Assembly (NCBI GenBank): GCA_032718475.1
Contig: JAUCBJ010007586.1
Coordinates: 1 to 36,388, forward strand
DNA length: 36,388 nt
Direction: 5' to 3'
Source: Nemertoderma westbladi
Lineage: Eukaryota; Animalia; Xenacoelomorpha
Shown: positions 31,317 to 36,388 of the stretch, one piece after another
Numbering within the stretch: position 1 is the stretch's first letter
Layout of the letters: each line of letters starts with the position of its first letter
Made by a program: the position numbers and the translations under genes
The notes under the pieces: generated by a model
The model's database searches: none
Told to the model about the DNA's origin: nothing
The model's input: the letters and a program-made list of their open reading frames with translations, nothing else

Positions 31317-33008
31317 TTACTCGATATTCTGATAGATATGCTGCCGTTCTTTCGTTTCCTCAGCAACCACATTGATTGGATCAATTACCCTTCTCTTTGT
31401 CTCATCTGCAAACTCATTGGCTTGTTCTACAATATTTTTTTCCTCTGAGTTCTGATTATTGGCTCCAAAAGTTATTTCATTTTCAATTTCTGTTCCATCT
31501 GATATAAAAGGTAGAGGTATGGATGAATCATCTCTATATATTTCTGTATTTTGAATGGCATTGGAAATTCCAGAATTTTGTATCACGTCGCCTATATCTT
31601 CATAGTGATGGTATACGTCATACTCAGTTTCCATAGCAATATTATCGGCTCCCCTCTCATTTCCCTGGCCATTCATTGTTGTGTAAAATTCAGCTTCCTT
31701 CTCAATCTTGTTACCCCCTTTCAGCCTCTTATAAAACAAAATTATCACAATAACTAATATCAATATAACAATTACTAAAATAGGTATTGTTATGGCAACT
31801 ACAAGTACTGGAACATCGTTAGTTTGATTTTGGTTTACTGCGATGGCTTTTTGTGTTCCAACAAACCCTACACCCTCAGTGGTGGAATTGATTACTACGA
31901 TGGCTTTTTGTGTTCCAACAACCTTTACACCACCACTGATAGAACTGATATCTTGTTTCCACGGAATGCAGTAAACTTCATACCGGTAGATGGCGCTGTC
32001 ATGTGCATTCATTTCAACTGCTAGACGAGTTAACCCTTCTGCTACAATATCAGTAACATTATCTGTAACTCTAAACCAGGTTATGTTATTATCAGGCGTT
32101 CCGGATGTAAACTCAGCATTTAGTACAATAACCTCTCCTTCAGGTATTTCAATAATATCCTTAACCTGTTTATTAGTATCTGTAGAGATTATAAGATTGG
32201 TTGCTAAATAACCTATTACCATAGTAACACCGCACTCAGTAACCCCATTGGATACAATGTTTTTAGCCCTGCAAGTAAACGTTTGTTGGTTATATAATGT
32301 TGGGTTGGTTTCTATGTCAGGAAGGTTTAGTTTTAGGATTTCTACTGAATCCAGTTTCTCGTAGCTATAATTATTGTTCATATCTTCATTATCGTCGTTA
32401 ATCCATTGGAATACGCCGTTGTTAGGATATACAGATTCATTAGGAGAAGGTAACCAACCAGTAGCTCTACATTCAAGGAAGGGGTTTGATTGGTCCGATT
32501 CCGGTAGGAATTTATTTGAATTTGGATCGAATATTAAACGACAATTAGAGTTACCGGTTTCTACTTCTCCGTTACAACCACAGTGTAGGTCGGAGGAACG
32601 AGTTTGACATTCTGGGAAGCGACGTTGATATGACAGATATTCACAACATCCCCACCAACAAGAGTAATCAGAATCTCCGTTATATTCCCGTTCGTGCATA
32701 AGCTCAGTCACAGTAAATGTAACTGTGTGGGCGTCTCTATCTATGACAACTGTTCCTTTGGACTGTGTGTGGTTAACGGTAGATAATAGATTCTCACCAC
32801 CCCGATACAATCGGACCTTGTCATAAATATTATATCCATAACTGATACGACTATCAGTACAAACTACTTTCAGTTTGTCTCCTCTCATTAAACAATCTCG
32901 CCCTTCTGGTAAAATCTTTATCATATCCTCCAAACCGCTGACAATAACATTATGATTTACAAAAACTCCAATAATTACAGCGATTAGATAAACACAATTC
33001 AGGGACAT
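31317..33008 (-). CDS. Type-I membrane protein with three Ig-like domains and a shorter Tyr-motif tail (563 aa), receptor B
   Basis: aa 1-360 are about 90% identical to receptor A. Different stalk; TM ends at aa 426 before KRLK. Tail of about 137 aa with YTTM, YDVYHHYEDI and terminal YQNIE. One uninterrupted ORF. Confidence 0.92.
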   Translation of the reverse strand: MSLNCVYLIAVIIGVFVNHNVIVSGLEDMIKILPEGRDCLMRGDKLKVVCTDSRISYGYNIYDKVRLYRGGENLLSTVNHTQSKGTVVIDRDAHTVTFTVTELMHEREYNGDSDYSCWWGCCEYLSYQRRFPECQTRSSDLHCGCNGEVETGNSNCRLIFDPNSNKFLPESDQSNPFLECRATGWLPSPNESVYPNNGVFQWINDDNEDMNNNYSYEKLDSVEILKLNLPDIETNPTLYNQQTFTCRAKNIVSNGVTECGVTMVIGYLATNLIISTDTNKQVKDIIEIPEGEVIVLNAEFTSGTPDNNITWFRVTDNVTDIVAEGLTRLAVEMNAHDSAIYRYEVYCIPWKQDISSISGGVKVVGTQKAIVVINSTTEGVGFVGTQKAIAVNQNQTNDVPVLVVAITIPILVIVILILVIVIILFYKRLKGGNKIEKEAEFYTTMNGQGNERGADNIAMETEYDVYHHYEDIGDVIQNSGISNAIQNTEIYRDDSSIPLPFISDGTEIENEITFGANNQNSEEKNIVEQANEFADETKRRVIDPINVVAEETKERQHIYQNIE

Positions 33009-33134
33009 CGTTAAAACAAAATTACATGAGAAAATTTATAAAGAAAATTATGAGAGAGAACTACAAGTTATCTGTACGTACTGATAATATATATTTGTTA
33101 TAGTAAAAAAGTCACAATATAGTTTCCTCGTTTG

Positions 33135-33300
33135 CTTAGGTTTTAATGAGGAGCCGCTTTGTGAAGTTAATAAAGGATTATTATAAGTTAAATAAATTCG
33201 ATCTGCCAGCAGGCAAATCTCCAAAATGCTTACTGGGTTGGCCTATTTTGTGCCGAGTCGCAAAGTGTTGGCTGAAGTTTAAGTTTGTATCATAGGAACA
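33135..33300 (-). promoter_or_regulatory. Upstream block conserved with 24385-24575 (candidate promoter/5'UTR of receptor B)
   Basis: Same conserved blocks as upstream of receptor A, in the same order. Confidence 0.65.
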
Positions 33301-34309
33301 AGTCGGTTATTTATTCCATTACAACGTCACTATAGGATCAGTTAATCAGGCTGGGAAATCTAAACAATTACCTCATAACGCTTATCACATGATCAGCTAA
33401 GAATGATATAGAGATTGGTCGCCGCCTACCATATGTTTAAATATCCTGATGATGCCACAAGGGGGAGACATTAATCGATAATAAACACTTTTAGTTAAAG
33501 GCTAACCAAGCCAATGTTTATTCTAATATTGTAATGATATAGAGAAATAAATATAAAATTTATATTAATCTCTCTATATTATTCGTGTTAAAGAGGCGTT
33601 AGAACTTAGAACACGTTGTGGGGTCTTCGAGCAGCACGTGTTCAAATGTTCAATGACTGAGCAGCGACTAATTAACAAATTTATGAGAGACTCATTGACC
33701 AGCTACCGACAGACCAATATTGTGACATATATTTTAGTTTAATGTTTGATTCAATTAAAGGCACAAATTAAAAAGGCTACAAATATATAGGGTTGAATAA
33801 TTAAATTAGTCACCCATTAGGCCTAAAAGGTAGCCAAATATAAGTTTCAATCTATATAAATTTTTAAATTCAGTAGTGTGGGTGTGTTGTGTATTGATTC
33901 CGTAGATTTCATGTTGAAATAGCGTTCATTAATTTAATTTCTATTTAATGATTCATGCATACTAATACACACATTAAATTAGTTCGTGTGTGTTAAGTGT
34001 GTAAGATTTGATTGTTTCGTCACGAAACCATTAGGGCACAGAAACTGACGAATTCTTCGCGAATTTCGCAAACGTCGCAAACTTCGGGAATTTGTTCTAC
34101 AATTTTGTCTCCTTAAGCAAAAGGGTCCCGAATGAGTTTTTTAACCTTTATTTTTTTGTGATTTTGAGTGCTTTTTTATATTAGTGAATGTTCTAGAACC
34201 TTAGTATTTTTTACTAGCTAGTAATTTTTGGAAATTATTTTGGTTATTAATATATTCTTCAACAGTTTAACCTGAAATATCATGGACTTTCACATTTTTT
34301 ATAATTTCA

Positions 34310-34415
34310 AAAAATACTAGCTAGCAAAAAAACACTAGCTATCATAAAAAACTAGCAAAAAAACACTAGCTATCATAAAAAACTAGCAAAAAAACACTAG
34401 CTATCATAAAAAACA
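34310..34415. repeat. Tandem repeat of about 30 bp (CTAGCAAAAAAACACTAGCTATCATAAAAA) x3
   Basis: Directly visible. Confidence 0.85.
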
Positions 34416-34528
34416 TATCTACTAATGTTGTAGAACTGTCACCAATACCAAAAAAATTTAAAAACTCTAAAAAAGGATTGGTGAAATATGGCTGGGGTGT
34501 CGACAGGGCGAAGTAGGGACCGTGTTGC

Positions 34529-34600
34529 TTAACCCCTTTGAGCCTAATGACGTCCACTGCACGTCACCATGGACAGCACGAAGACGTGCAGTGGACGTCA
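34529..34600. mobile_element. Possible piggyBac-like terminus with a subterminal palindrome
   Basis: TTAA|CCCCTTTGAG is followed by perfect 18-bp arms TGACGTCCACTGCACGTC ... GACGTGCAGTGGACGTCA. The partner end is uncertain. Confidence 0.45.
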
Positions 34601-34709
34601 TGCTGGAATACATGTTTTATTGGAAGGCTCTTGGAGTAGGTATACTGGTGGATAGTATTAATGACATTTATTGCTCTTCATGGCAAAAAATCCATTCTGT
34701 ACTGTAGAT

Positions 34710-34823
34710 TAGGGATGTCCCGGAATTCCGTTCCGGCCGGAATTCCGGCGGTTTTTGCCCGATTCCGGTTCCGGCCGGAATTGCCGGAATGGGGTCAATT
34801 CCGGCCGGAATTTTACCGGAATT
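34710..34823. mobile_element. hAT-like terminus with CCGGAATT subterminal repeats (one end only)
   Basis: TAGGGATG start followed by dense CCGG/CCGGAATT repeats. No matching CATCCCTA seen. Confidence 0.55.
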
Positions 34824-34949
34824 ACAAGGTTCATATCTAGTTTAATAGCTGCAATTAGTTTGTTAAATTATTATCAACATTTATATATTTTTTAAACATT
34901 ATTACCAATTAGATTAAGATACTTTTCAACACTTGTAAAAAAGTATAGA

Positions 34950-35128
34950 AATAAAGTTTTCTTCGACCGTTAGAGCTAACATTTAAGGATGCAAGGCATA
35001 GATGCCCCCTGGTTAGCCCCTTCAAACCATTCGTGCCGAATCGAAAACTGCCTTGGCCCACATACAGGGATCGAACCCACGACCTCCAGATAGATTGGAA
35101 ATCAATGCAACCACTACACCAAGGTGGA
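34950..35128 (-). mobile_element. tRNA-derived SINE remnant
   Basis: Minus-strand A box TGGTGTAGTGG (35111-35121) and B box GGTTCGATCC (35068-35077). No intact cloverleaf. The 3' boundary is approximate. Confidence 0.65.
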
Positions 35129-35378
35129 ACCTAACTAACCTATGTAACGAGGGAAAATTCACAGCCACCCTGTTTATTAAAGTGAATGCAGTCTTGAAGG
35201 GTTATGTAACACATTTCCAAAAAATCTTTACCTGGTAATCAAACTAAAATGGTCCCACCATCTGTTACACCACTTAAGTAGTATTCATATACAATTCAAT
35301 TCAAAATAACCCTTTTAATTTACATTAACTAATTAAACCCTTTGTCGTTCTGAAGATATTTTATGAAATGCATCATTA

Positions 35379-35701
35379 GGCCCATGCTCCACTGGTAAGT
35401 CGCTTAGTCAGAATGTCAAAATGAATGGCTCCTGGCTCCATTGGTAACATAAGTCATAAGTCATTTGATAAAAAAAATAAGGTGCGACTCACATTTACTG
35501 CATATTTATTATACCCAAAGTAACCAATCAGAGGCATCTTGCCGGATATAACACATGATTCATATGTCAAAAGATGGAACATGGGACATAATCACAGTCG
35601 TAACTTACGATTTACCATTGGAGACGCTCCCATTGAAACCAATGTGTTCCATAATTTATTCTGACTAAGACTACATAAGACTTACCAGTGGAGCACGGGC
35701 C
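35379..35701. mobile_element. PIF/Harbinger (Tourist-like) MITE, 323 bp
   Basis: TIRs GGCCCATGCTCCACTGGTAAGTC / GACTTACCAGTGGAGCACGGGCC (one mismatch). 3-bp TSD TTA on both sides. Confidence 0.9.
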
Positions 35702-36388
35702 TTAGCGGGTGGTTTTTCCAATTTGCATATTAAATGGCGTTTTTTTAGATTGATTTTACATTATTTTACATGGATCTTACAATATTTTACATTGAATTTA
35801 TATTATTTTACTTTGCATTAATTATTAAATAATATGATAATTACAGGAGGCTAAATAAATTGCTAACCTTCTAAAGTTAGCAATGAAACTCGATTAACGA
35901 TTAACACAATTACAATTACTACTTTAACCTAAAACTAATATAAATATAAAACGTTTTTTTCAATACGTACAGGTCCTGCGAGTGGTCGTTAGTTCAGTTC
36001 TGCGTCGTAGGTGCTGCGTAATATAGTAGTTTAATTTCTATTTACAGCAAATCCATTTCTTACCATAAATATATTTATTCCCAGCAATAATTAAACTGTA
36101 ACATGTACTATTGGCCTCGTTTATTGTTTTGGTTCGTATAACATGTCATTGTAACATGCTCCTTTCCCTTAAAGACACCAGGATATTGCACCAAAGGACC
36201 TAATGACGCGATAGGCCGTAACAAACAGCTCAGGTCATTCTCCACTACACCCACCTTAATTCCCCCAAGGTTCTGAGTCATCTCATTAACAAACTTACTG
36301 TATAAATTAAAAAAATTCATTTGTTTCATAAAAAATTATAAAATTTCCTGGGTCATTTAGTGTATTTCACTAATTATAGAAAATTCCG

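Noticed and set aside
35055-35128. Functional tRNA gene
   Set aside because: A and B boxes are present but acceptor and anticodon stems do not form; better explained as a SINE head.
33300-36388. SEC22B final exon candidates after several AG sites
   Set aside because: Each acceptor tested hit a stop within a few codons and none encoded the expected SNARE end plus TM anchor. The search was not exhaustive.

Overview
Eukaryotic, AT-rich genomic DNA, most likely an invertebrate animal (inferred from spliceosomal introns, BEL/Pao, RTE and Gypsy elements and Ig-domain proteins). The backbone is a + strand SEC22B gene. Three coding exons are found (4224-4411, 19208-19368, 20105-20251); the last exon was not found in the window. 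Intron 1 is almost entirely a three-level nest: a TIR/TSD DNA transposon contains a foldback MITE, which contains a young 12.2-kb BEL/Pao LTR element. That element keeps an intact gag-protease ORF but has lost RT and integrase. It has no tRNA primer-binding site; instead an 11-nt sequence abutting the 5' LTR is exactly complementary to a site inside the LTR, as in Tf1-type self-priming. Downstream of exon 3, on the opposite strand, are two Ig-domain type-I membrane protein genes with uninterrupted coding sequences. Their ectodomains are about 90% identical with mostly amino-acid-changing differences, while their stalks, TM segments and tyrosine-motif tails are unrelated, which resembles a paired immune or allorecognition receptor locus. 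Between them lies a foldback-like pair of inverted 15/17-bp two-unit tandem arrays, one arm expanded to about 3.6 kb. The rest is RTE LINE, Gypsy, SINE and MITE debris. All counts and alignments were made by eye.
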